Origin: Marinobacter sp.
GTDB lineage: Bacteria; Pseudomonadota; Gammaproteobacteria; Pseudomonadales; Oleiphilaceae
Assembly: GCF_041690615.1 (NCBI RefSeq)
Contig: NZ_JAWLGY010000004.1
Location: 117,650 to 181,649 of the forward strand
Reading direction: 5' to 3'
DNA length: 64,000 nt
Part shown: piece by piece, positions 30,493 to 39,213 of the stretch
Position numbering within the stretch: position 1 is the stretch's first letter
How the letters are laid out: each line of letters begins with the position of its first letter
Translations under genes and position numbers: made by a program
Notes under the pieces: model-generated
The model's database searches: none
The model's input: the letters and a program-made list of their open reading frames with translations, nothing else
Told to the model about the DNA's origin: nothing

Positions 30493-30630
30493 GGAATAAA
30501 CCTCCTGTCGGCTTCCGCGTGATTAATGCCCGTACCGGGGCATTGCGAGTGTGACTCACTCTGTCAGTGTAGTCGGGACCGCAGAACTTCAACGGCGCAG
30601 AAGGGTTACGTATACTTAAGCCCTGCTGGT

Positions 30631-30732
30631 TCACCCCCACCAACCCGATGCGGCAATCAGGGTTACCGCCAGAATAAGGACCAGAGCCGTCCCGGCAAGC
30701 TTGATGCCTTCTTTCACTTCCTGTTCAAACAT
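30631..30732 (-). CDS. Putative 33-aa single-TM microprotein (not in the ORF track)
   Basis: Hand translation MFEQEVKEGIKLAGTALVLILAVTLIAASGWWG*; GGGGG purine run upstream of ATG; upstream promoter. Confidence 0.55.
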   Translation of the reverse strand: MFEQEVKEGIKLAGTALVLILAVTLIAASGWWG

Positions 30733-30801
30733 AGGCTGTACCCCCGAACCTGGTGGCTGACGTCATGGCCCGTGGCTGAGAAGCAGCCTGAACCAGGCAC
30801 C

Positions 30802-30830
30802 ACTTTAATAGCACTGATTCTCATTTGCAA
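30802..30830 (-). promoter_or_regulatory. sigma70-like promoter overlapped by a Fur-box-like site
   Basis: TTGCAA-17 bp-TAAAGT; GCAAATGAGAATCAGTGCT matches GATAATGATAATCATTATC at 12/19. Confidence 0.5.
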
Positions 30831-30977
30831 AATAATCCGTCGTTTTGCAGGTTTCGTATACTTTGACTCGGGGGGCACCAACCTGAACAAAACGTAATAC
30901 TGGAACCCTGGTGAGGCCCCGTACCGTTGATAAGATCATGAATGAACAGCGAAGCCGCATGCCAAAAGGAGGCTCCC

Positions 30978-32102
30978 ATGCCAAGCATCAAATCCCTGGC
31001 CGCAACCCTTGCAACTGCGATTGTGCCCTTCGCTTTGGCAGCGGAAACCATCCACGAGTCGGAACAGGCGAGCTTCAGCGTTGAGACCGTCGCCTCTGGC
31101 CTTGAGCATCCCTGGGCCATTGCTTTCCTGCCGGACGGCAGCCAGTTGGTCACCGAGCGGGCCGGTCGGCTCCGGGTGATCCGTGATGGCAAACTGGAGA
31201 AAGACCCGGTCGCTGGCGTGCCCGAAGTCGCGGCCCGGGGCCAGGGCGGACTTCTGGACATACTGTTGCACCCTGAATTTGAACAGAACCGGCTCCTTTT
31301 CCTCAGCTACGCCCACGCCAACGATGCGGGCATGACAACCCGGGTGGCACGAGCCGAGCTGAACGACAATAACCTTGAGAATCTTGAGGTCATATTCGAG
31401 GCCGAACCCCGCTCAGACACAACCCGGCATTTTGCCGGGCGAATGGTGATTCCCGACGATGGCTACCTCTATGTAACTGTGGGAGACCGCGGCGAAATGG
31501 ACCGCGCGCAGGAATTCGGCGACGATGCCGGTGCCGTTCACCGGATCACCATTGATGGGAATACGCCGGACGACAACCCGTTTGCCGACCGCGACGATGC
31601 CAGGAAAACCCTGTTCACCAAGGGCAATCGCAATATCCAGGGAATGACGCTGCATCCGGAGACCGGGGAAATCTGGAGCCACGAGCACGGCCCCAGGGGT
31701 GGAGACGAAGTCAACGTCATTGAAGCCGGCACCAACTATGGCTGGCCCGAGATCACCTACGGCATCAACTACAGCGGCACCCCTATTACCGACCAGACCC
31801 ACAAGGAGGGCATGGCCCAGCCACTGCATTACTGGGACCCTTCCATCGCACCCTCCGGCATGGCCTTCTATACCGGGGAGGATTTTCCAGACTGGCAGGG
31901 GGATCTATTCGTAGGCGCGCTCAAGATGCAGAAGCTGGTACGCCTGGAACTGGATGGCCGGGAGGTTACCGGAGAAGAGGACCTGCTCACTGACCTGAAC
32001 AAACGCATCAGGGCAGTCACCATGGGCGCAGACGGGCACCTCTGGCTATTGACTGACGCCGGCAACGGAGAAGTACTGAAGCTGGTGCCAACAGAGCGCT
32101 GA
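30978..32102 (+). CDS. Secreted PQQ-dependent sugar dehydrogenase (GSDH/YliI-like)
   Basis: Signal peptide; LEHPWAIAFLPDG, GQGGLLD, HFAGR, GNRNIQG and EHGPRGGDE motifs. Confidence 0.92.
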   Translation: MPSIKSLAATLATAIVPFALAAETIHESEQASFSVETVASGLEHPWAIAFLPDGSQLVTERAGRLRVIRDGKLEKDPVAGVPEVAARGQGGLLDILLHPEFEQNRLLFLSYAHANDAGMTTRVARAELNDNNLENLEVIFEAEPRSDTTRHFAGRMVIPDDGYLYVTVGDRGEMDRAQEFGDDAGAVHRITIDGNTPDDNPFADRDDARKTLFTKGNRNIQGMTLHPETGEIWSHEHGPRGGDEVNVIEAGTNYGWPEITYGINYSGTPITDQTHKEGMAQPLHYWDPSIAPSGMAFYTGEDFPDWQGDLFVGALKMQKLVRLELDGREVTGEEDLLTDLNKRIRAVTMGADGHLWLLTDAGNGEVLKLVPTER

Positions 32103-32146
32103 GCTGCCCCTGCCGACACCGCCGGGACAACCCGACCCGGCCGGGA

Positions 32147-32560
32147 TCAGTGGGGGTCGTTGGTTCTTTCCGTCTTCTCGTACTGCGGCAACTCATCGGT
32201 AATCGCAAACCAGTCCGCCTTGGAGCCAGTAAATACGTGTGCCGCGGGACCTTTGCCCAAGGGCTCATTAATGACACCAACCCTGAGTCGCAGAATGCCG
32301 GGAATGGCGTCTACCCGGCTGTACAGCTGACTGCCACACCGACTGCAGAAGGCCCGGTACTTTCCCGGCCGGGACTCAAACTCGGTGATACGCTCCTCTC
32401 CCCCGGTAAAGCGGAAACGCACCCGCTGCACTGGAGCGCTGGCTGAAAACGCGCTGCCATGGGCCCGACGGCACTGGCTGCAGTGGCAAAGGGCGATGGG
32501 CCCCAGGGGACCGTTGTACTCGAAGGTTACATCGCCACACAGGCAGTGCCCAGTCAGCAT
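32147..32560 (-). CDS. GFA/CENP-V family Zn-binding protein
   Basis: GHCLCG, CHCSQCRR and FCSRCGS motifs. Confidence 0.92.
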   Translation of the reverse strand: MLTGHCLCGDVTFEYNGPLGPIALCHCSQCRRAHGSAFSASAPVQRVRFRFTGGEERITEFESRPGKYRAFCSRCGSQLYSRVDAIPGILRLRVGVINEPLGKGPAAHVFTGSKADWFAITDELPQYEKTERTNDPH

Positions 32561-32818
32561 ACTTTCCAGCTCCTTGATTGAACGCCATGAAATACGCCTT
32601 GACCGACGCATTCTAGCAACCTCTGCCAGCCAAGGCAGCCCGGCATCAGTCGCCAATTTTCCCGGTCGCGTAACCCGGGACCCACACTCTGTAACGGTCG
32701 GTCACAAAAGTGCTTTAATTCCGATACCCTGCTGTCATTTTTTAACGTTATGTATAGGGCGAGAACATAGTCGCCGCACAGAAATTAAGCTAAGGTTAGA
32801 TAATCGATACCCACCACC

Positions 32819-34360
32819 ATGACGGACCTTCCTGCCATGCGGCTTCAGAAACTGACAAAAACCGGACTGAGCTCCCTGGCCCGCGCACTGGGAGCAAGCC
32901 TTGTCGCAACCATGCTGCTGGCGGGCACCGTAACAGCAGCCCCGGCTGACGGACTGGACAGGCGCGTCTGGGGCAGCGAAATACGGGGTTTCGCGGAAGA
33001 GTCACTGAACGACCTCAACGGCCTGAGCGTCGCGGCGATCCCCATGGATGGCCCGGGCATCGAACAGTACATCAATGCTGACGCGGTCATGAGCCCCGGC
33101 TCCATCATGAAAGTGCTGACCACCTACGCCGCCCTGGAAATTCTCGGCCCCAACTACCGCTGGACCACCAGTTTTCTCACTGATGGCACCTTCGAGGGAG
33201 ATACCCTCAAGGGCAACCTCTACGTCCGCTTTGGCGGCGACCCGAAGCTGACCATCGAGCGGCTCTGGACCGTGATCCATGAGATCCGATCCCTCGGGGT
33301 CACGACCATCGAGGGGGACATCGTGCTGGATGACGACGTCTTCCTGCTGCCAGACGGCCTGCCCCGTTTCAACGACAATGGTAACAATCCCCATCGTCCC
33401 TTCCTGGTGGAGCCGTCGCCGGTACTGCTCAACATGAACCTGGTGCATTTCCAGGTACGGGCCGACGAGCGGGGCACCCGCGCCTGGGCCACCCCCGCCC
33501 TGCCCTCAATCAACATAGACAACCGCATTACCTCCGTTGAGGGCGGCTCCTGCCCCGGCCGCCGACAGGTTGACTGGAAACCGGTATTCGGCCAGGCCGG
33601 CCAGGTCACGGTCAGGGTAGAAGGCGAGTTGCCCGAGGGATGTCGAACCACCACCTACCTGTCGCTGCTTCCCCACGACCATTACAGCGGCGAAATACTC
33701 ATGTCACTGTGGCGTGAGCTTGGCGGTACCATTACCGGCAACTGGCGCACTGGTGCTGTCCCGGCTGATACCCGGCTGGTCACCAGCACCACCTCCCCGG
33801 ACCTGGTGACCATGGTCCGCGATATCAACAAATGGAGCAGCAACGTCATGGCCCGCCAGCTGTTGCTGACTATCGGCGCCAACAATCGCCATGTGGCAGA
33901 CAACGATGACCGGGTTTCCGGGATCCGGGCCATTTATGACTGGCTGGAAGACAAGGGCATTGATACCCAGGGCATGGTGATTGACAACGGCAGCGGTTTG
34001 TCCCGGCATGCCCGTATGAGCGCGAGGCAGATGTCCGGCATCCTTGCCCGAGCATGGGCAAGCCCCTATGGCCCGGACCTGATGACATCCATGCCACTAA
34101 CCGCGATGGATGGTACCATGGCCAGACGTCTGCGCAACCTTGGCATGGAAGGCATGGGGCGGATCAAGACCGGTCTGCTGCAGGATGTCCGGTCCGTGGC
34201 CGGCTTTACCCGGGACGACAACAACACCACCTGGGCCGTGGTCGGTATCGTCAATCACTCGCCGGCCTGGAACGGCCAGACGCTGCTGGACAAGGTACTG
34301 TACTCACTGCACCGAAATCCGCCCACAGGCACTGCCCTGTCCCAGGCAGAAACGCGGTAG
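32819..34360 (+). CDS. dacB: D-Ala-D-Ala carboxypeptidase/endopeptidase PBP4
   Basis: PGSIMK (SxxK), SSN (SxN), DNGSGLSR and KTG motifs. Confidence 0.92.
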   Translation: MTDLPAMRLQKLTKTGLSSLARALGASLVATMLLAGTVTAAPADGLDRRVWGSEIRGFAEESLNDLNGLSVAAIPMDGPGIEQYINADAVMSPGSIMKVLTTYAALEILGPNYRWTTSFLTDGTFEGDTLKGNLYVRFGGDPKLTIERLWTVIHEIRSLGVTTIEGDIVLDDDVFLLPDGLPRFNDNGNNPHRPFLVEPSPVLLNMNLVHFQVRADERGTRAWATPALPSINIDNRITSVEGGSCPGRRQVDWKPVFGQAGQVTVRVEGELPEGCRTTTYLSLLPHDHYSGEILMSLWRELGGTITGNWRTGAVPADTRLVTSTTSPDLVTMVRDINKWSSNVMARQLLLTIGANNRHVADNDDRVSGIRAIYDWLEDKGIDTQGMVIDNGSGLSRHARMSARQMSGILARAWASPYGPDLMTSMPLTAMDGTMARRLRNLGMEGMGRIKTGLLQDVRSVAGFTRDDNNTTWAVVGIVNHSPAWNGQTLLDKVLYSLHRNPPTGTALSQAETR

Positions 34361-34373
34361 CTCTGACACTCTC

Positions 34374-34413
34374 AAAAAAGCCCCGGTCTGATTATCAGTA
34401 CCGGGGCTTTTTT
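34374..34413. terminator. Bidirectional Rho-independent terminator
   Basis: AAAAAAGCCCCGGT...ACCGGGGCTTTTTT between convergent genes. Confidence 0.9.
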
Positions 34414-34443
34414 GTGGGCAAGTGTCATGTTTCGCCAGGCGGA

Positions 34444-35217
34444 TCAGACCGTCAGGTAGCCACCATCGACATTGACGCAGGTGCCTGTGGTGTAGCTGGA
34501 TGCCTCGGAGACCAGATAGAGAACGGTGCCGGCCATCTCGTCCGGGTGGGCCATACGATGCATGGGAATATGCTCCATGGCCCGCTCACGAATACTGTCA
34601 TTGGTGGTCAGTGCGCTGGCAAACCTGGTGTCGGTCAGCCCCGGCAACAGTGCATTGACCCGAATATTATCCGGCCCCAGTTCGCGTGCGTAGGCCCGGG
34701 TCATGGCGATCACCGCCGACTTGGTGATGGAATAGATACCCTGCATGAAGCCCGGGGTGACGCCGTTGACCGACGCCACATTCACAATGGCTCCCGGCTG
34801 TCCCTTTTCCTTCATCAGCCTGGCCGCTTCGGCGCACATGAAGAAATAACCGCGGATATTCACATCCACCGTCTTCTGGAAGGCGCCCAGATCCGTCTCT
34901 TCAATCTTGCCAAAGTAGGGATTGGTGGCCGCATTGTTTACCAGGATATCCAGCTTGCCGTGGGTATCACGGATATGCTGCCAGATGGCTTCCACCTGTT
35001 TCATCTCGCCGATATGGCAAGCGACCGCTTCAGCGCTGCCGCCGTTATCACGGATACTGCTGGCCACAGCCTCACAGCCATCAATCTTGCGGCTGCTGAC
35101 AATAACATGGGCGCCGTTCTCCGCCAGCAGGCGGGCAACGCTCTCGCCGATACCCCGACTGGCACCGGTAACCAGGGCAACCTTGCCATCAAGGTCAAAC
35201 AGGTTGTTCTTGCTCAT
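34444..35217 (-). CDS. SDR family oxidoreductase
   Basis: TGASRGIG, NNAATNP and YSITK motifs. Confidence 0.92.
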   Translation of the reverse strand: MSKNNLFDLDGKVALVTGASRGIGESVARLLAENGAHVIVSSRKIDGCEAVASSIRDNGGSAEAVACHIGEMKQVEAIWQHIRDTHGKLDILVNNAATNPYFGKIEETDLGAFQKTVDVNIRGYFFMCAEAARLMKEKGQPGAIVNVASVNGVTPGFMQGIYSITKSAVIAMTRAYARELGPDNIRVNALLPGLTDTRFASALTTNDSIRERAMEHIPMHRMAHPDEMAGTVLYLVSEASSYTTGTCVNVDGGYLTV

Positions 35218-35250
35218 GGTTTACTCTCCTTTCAGTCAATCGTTCTTCCA

Positions 35251-35940
35251 TCAACGGAAGGTCACCAGCTGCTGCCCTTCCGCCTCCAGGTGACTGTAGT
35301 TATTGAACACCGCCAGACTGCGTCTGGACCCGGAGTACAGCACCCGGGTAACACTGGTATTGGCAATGACCTCGTTCAGGGCCAGCGCCTTGCTGTCGCT
35401 GAGCCCCAGCAGGTTCTGCATGATCACGGCGATGGGGCCACCGGAAGTGGACACGAAAACGTCACCACCATCGGCCCAGCCAATCAGCTCATCCAGCGCC
35501 TCATTGACCCGCGCCTTGAACTGCAGCCAGGTTTCCGGGTACTCCTCGTCGTGGTCACGGCTCACCCACCGTTGCACCGCTTGGGTGAACGTCTGCTGGA
35601 AGGCCCTGGCGGGGTGTCCGGTGGCAGCCAGGTCCGCCTGCATCCGCGCCCGATCCGCCCATTCAGGCCGAAAGCTGAATACCACTGAGGTATGATCAAA
35701 CTCGTTAAAGCCGGTCGCCACCTGCATGTCAGGAAACGGTGCCCGGTAGCCGCTGGCAATGGCCTCCACGGTCTCCCGGTGACGTTGCATATCGCCGCCA
35801 ATCACCACGTCCGGATGGACCCGCCCCGCCAGCCAGCGCCCGAGCACCCGGGCCTGCTCCCAGCCGGTCTCTGACAACTGGTCATAATTGTCATCCCCGA
35901 AACTCGCCTGGCCATGCCGGATCAGATAGAGGGTAGCCAT
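35251..35940 (-). CDS. Histidine phosphatase (phosphoglycerate mutase-like)
   Basis: LIRHGQASFG, TSGGPI and FNNYSHL motifs. Confidence 0.9.
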   Translation of the reverse strand: MATLYLIRHGQASFGDDNYDQLSETGWEQARVLGRWLAGRVHPDVVIGGDMQRHRETVEAIASGYRAPFPDMQVATGFNEFDHTSVVFSFRPEWADRARMQADLAATGHPARAFQQTFTQAVQRWVSRDHDEEYPETWLQFKARVNEALDELIGWADGGDVFVSTSGGPIAVIMQNLLGLSDSKALALNEVIANTSVTRVLYSGSRRSLAVFNNYSHLEAEGQQLVTFR

Positions 35941-35943
35941 AGC

Positions 35944-36756
35944 TCAGGCCCCTGCCATTCGTTTGATCCAGCGCCGGCTTTCCCGGTGCATGATGTAGTC
36001 GAACGCCCAGGGCGCGTGCCGCTTGAGAATCCAGAGTCGCTTTTCCTTCTGGTGGGGCAGTACCCAGAAATCGCCCTGCCGGACAGCCCGGGCGATGTCT
36101 TCCGCTACATCTTCGGCACTCACAGTGGAGCGTTTCATCAAACCGTTGATGTTCTGCTGGATACCAGGCAGGTCCGAGCGCATGCCGCTGGCCAGGTTGG
36201 TGCGGAAAAACGACGGGCACACGCAACAGATCCTGATGCCGGCGTCCCGCAGTTCCAGGCTGAGGGTTTCAGACAGGGCAATCACTCCCGCCTTGGACAC
36301 ATTGTAACTACCCATCATGGGTGCCAGCATGAGTCCCGCCATGGACGCCACATTGACGAAGGTCCCGCTGCCCTGTTTTTTGAACAGCGGTGTGAACACC
36401 TTGCAGCCACGCACCACGCCGAGCAGGTTGATATCCAGAATCCACTCCCAGTCGGCGATGGTGGAGTCCTCGATGGACCCGGCGGTGGCAACCCCCGCAT
36501 TGTTAACCACCACATCGACACCGCCCCAGCGTTGCTCAAGTTCTGCCCGTGCCTTTTCAAGGTCGGTAAGCCGGCGTACATCACAGGGCAGGAACAGTCC
36601 CTCGCCACCAGCGGCGCGGATCTCGTCCTCGGTGACCATGCCGTCTTCGGGATTGACGTCGCTTATGCATACCTTCGCCCCCTGACGGGCGTAATGCAGC
36701 GCCAGGGCCCTGCCCAGGCCGCTTGCACCACCGGTAATAAAGATTCTCTGGGACAT
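35944..36756 (-). CDS. SDR family oxidoreductase
   Basis: TGGASGLG, NNAG and YNVSK motifs. Confidence 0.92.
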   Translation of the reverse strand: MSQRIFITGGASGLGRALALHYARQGAKVCISDVNPEDGMVTEDEIRAAGGEGLFLPCDVRRLTDLEKARAELEQRWGGVDVVVNNAGVATAGSIEDSTIADWEWILDINLLGVVRGCKVFTPLFKKQGSGTFVNVASMAGLMLAPMMGSYNVSKAGVIALSETLSLELRDAGIRICCVCPSFFRTNLASGMRSDLPGIQQNINGLMKRSTVSAEDVAEDIARAVRQGDFWVLPHQKEKRLWILKRHAPWAFDYIMHRESRRWIKRMAGA

Positions 36757-36880
36757 TGTTCGAAATCCACTCAAATTTATCGTAACGGGCCAGTCTAGGA
36801 GCAAGCACAGTATTACGCGACTGAATTGTTCTAATCCGTTACCATTACCGCCGTTAATTCATTAACGAGATAATGCTCCC

Positions 36881-37792
36881 ATGGCCTCAAACCGGCTAGA
36901 TCTTAACCTGCTTCATGTGTTCGATACCATTTACCGGGAGGGCAGCCTGACCCGGGCGGCCCGGGCCCTGAACCTGACCCAGCCGGCGGTCAGCCATTCC
37001 CTCGCGCGCCTGCGGGAACACTTCGACGATCCGCTGTTCTCCCGACAGGGCAACCGGATGGTGCCGACGCCCCTGGCACGGCGTTTCGTTGAATCCATGC
37101 GCCCGGGACTGAACCAGATTCACAGTGCCGTGAACCAGTTCCACGCCTTCGACCCGTCCAGCCATCGCAAGACCTTTGCCCTGGCCCTGCGGGACGTACT
37201 GGAATCGACGTTCCTGCCGCAACTGGTCACCCGTCTGAACGACTACCCGGAGATCGAAATCAACAGCCAGCGGGTGGCTCGCCGTGACATGGAAAGCCTT
37301 CTGGCAGCGGGCCGGCTCGATTTCGCGGTGGATGTGCTGCTACCGATCAGCGACCAGACGGCCCATGAACAGCTACGCAAGGATCGGCGGGTGGTTATTG
37401 CCAGGAAGGGGCACCCTCTGGAAGGCCAGGACCTGACCATGGAAAGCTACCTGTCAGCACAGCACATCCTGGTGTCATCGCGAAACGAAGGACCGGGCAT
37501 TGAGGATTTCGAGCTTTCCCGCATGGGACTGCAGCGGCAGATCCGGCTGCGCTGCCAGCATTACTACGCCGCCTGCCAAGTGGTGGAAAGCTCGGACCTG
37601 CTGCTGACCATGCCTGAAGGCTATGCCCGCCAGATGGCAGCCCGCTCGGACACCTGCATTCTTAACCCGCCACCCGGGCTACCGGACGTCGACATCCACC
37701 TGTACTGGCACCGGGCTTATGAAAAGGAACCCGCCCTGCTCTGGCTCAGGGAACGGTTCCATGCCGTGGCGGATGATCAGGCGGGCACCTGA
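36881..37792 (+). CDS. LysR family transcriptional regulator
   Basis: DLNLL..LTQPAVSHSLARLR HTH; divergent from the SDR operon. Confidence 0.94.
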   Translation: MASNRLDLNLLHVFDTIYREGSLTRAARALNLTQPAVSHSLARLREHFDDPLFSRQGNRMVPTPLARRFVESMRPGLNQIHSAVNQFHAFDPSSHRKTFALALRDVLESTFLPQLVTRLNDYPEIEINSQRVARRDMESLLAAGRLDFAVDVLLPISDQTAHEQLRKDRRVVIARKGHPLEGQDLTMESYLSAQHILVSSRNEGPGIEDFELSRMGLQRQIRLRCQHYYAACQVVESSDLLLTMPEGYARQMAARSDTCILNPPPGLPDVDIHLYWHRAYEKEPALLWLRERFHAVADDQAGT

Positions 37793-37810
37793 AGCAGGCC
37801 GGGGCCGGCT

Positions 37811-38167
37811 TCAGAACACACCGACCACCCACAGGAAACCGGCGAACCCGGCCCCGGTGAGCGCCAGGGCCAAGGTAACCACTCCAAACCCCCACCATAC
37901 GGCCGCACCATCGGACACCGCGACGTCATGGGCCCTGACCGTCCGGTAAAACGCCCACGGCCCCAGCAAAAACGCACCAAAAACGGCAAATACCAGCCCC
38001 AGGCAAACGCCGGTAAAGGTCCACGTGGCCAATGCCGAGGCGCGGTCGTTAAGGTTGTCAGTGACCTGGTGACCTTGCAGGAACTTCCGGCAGAAGAGCC
38101 AGATCAGGCCGTAGAGCACACCAACAAAGACGATGCCGCCAACCAGGGTGATCACACGATAGAGCAT
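37811..38167 (-). CDS. Hypothetical membrane protein (3 TM)
   Basis: Three hydrophobic segments; 5 bp downstream of the EAL gene. Confidence 0.68.
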   Translation of the reverse strand: MLYRVITLVGGIVFVGVLYGLIWLFCRKFLQGHQVTDNLNDRASALATWTFTGVCLGLVFAVFGAFLLGPWAFYRTVRAHDVAVSDGAAVWWGFGVVTLALALTGAGFAGFLWVVGVF

Positions 38168-38172
38168 GGAGG

Positions 38173-38952
38173 TCAGCCCTCCGGGCCGATAGCCGGAAAA
38201 ACCGGCTCTGGCAGGGTTTCAAAACCGGGCCTGGCGAACAGGTAGCCCTGGAACAGGTGGATTCCCCGGCCACGGAGCCAGGCGTACTCCTCAACGGTTT
38301 CAACGCCTTCCGCAACGATCCGTCCGCCAAGCTGAGTCATCATGGTCACGATACCATTGACAACCGCCTGCTTGTTTGGCTCCCGGTCGATATCGCGGAT
38401 CAGGCCCATATCCAGCTTGAGGAGGTCGGGCGGGCTCGCTGTCATCAGGTTGTAGCGGGAGAAACCCGCACCAAAATCGTCGATCGCTGTGCTGAAACCC
38501 ATACCCTGGTATGCCTTGATGATGGAAACCAGGTGGTCCACCGATGACAGGTCTTCGCCCTCGGTCAGTTCGAAAATGATTTTGCGGGTGTCGAAATTGT
38601 AAGTCCGGGCGGCCGCCAGGGTGGTCCGGATGCAATATTCTGCCTGGTACACGGCATTGGGCATGAAGTTGATGCTCAGCATCGAATCCATTCCCAGGCG
38701 GGAGGCCAGCTTGACGGCCTTGACCCGGCAGATCTGGTCAAAGGAATAGCGGTTCTGGTCATTTACCTGGGACAGAACGCTCCAGGCGCTTTCACCGGAG
38801 GTGCCCCGCACCAGGGCCTCATAGGCATAGACACTCTCGTTGGACACATCAACAATGGGCTGAAAGGCGAACGAAAACTGGAAATCCAGGCCCTCACCGC
38901 AGGCGCACTGGCCGCAATGGGACTCATCAAATAAAACTTCTGGCCGCTCCAC
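38173..38952 (-). CDS. Stand-alone EAL-domain c-di-GMP phosphodiesterase
   Basis: FQPIVD, YEALVR, IDDFGAGFS, KLD, AEGVE and QGYLF motifs; GTG start after GGAG inferred. Confidence 0.9.
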   Translation of the reverse strand: MERPEVLFDESHCGQCACGEGLDFQFSFAFQPIVDVSNESVYAYEALVRGTSGESAWSVLSQVNDQNRYSFDQICRVKAVKLASRLGMDSMLSINFMPNAVYQAEYCIRTTLAAARTYNFDTRKIIFELTEGEDLSSVDHLVSIIKAYQGMGFSTAIDDFGAGFSRYNLMTASPPDLLKLDMGLIRDIDREPNKQAVVNGIVTMMTQLGGRIVAEGVETVEEYAWLRGRGIHLFQGYLFARPGFETLPEPVFPAIGPEG

Positions 38953-39213
38953 GCATGCTCCTTCCAGGCTGTTGAGTTGGGAAACCCGGCTCTTGTATGA
39001 CCGCTTTCCGCACAGACACACCGATTCACTATAGACACCCTTTGAGGGTCCGTAAATGCATTAAAAGACTGACGAATCCCGCCCGCATGACTACACTGGT
39101 CCAGAGGCAAACAGTACGGGCCGGAGCCATGGTCCGTGCTACTCAAGCGTACCTGTAACCTGGTGCTGCTTCTGCAAACACTTGTAAATTCGCAGCCCTT
39201 GGAGTGTTTATCT

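Noticed and set aside
34054-35688. 544-aa plus-strand ORF
   Set aside because: Overlaps dacB, a terminator and two well-supported minus-strand genes; no motifs.
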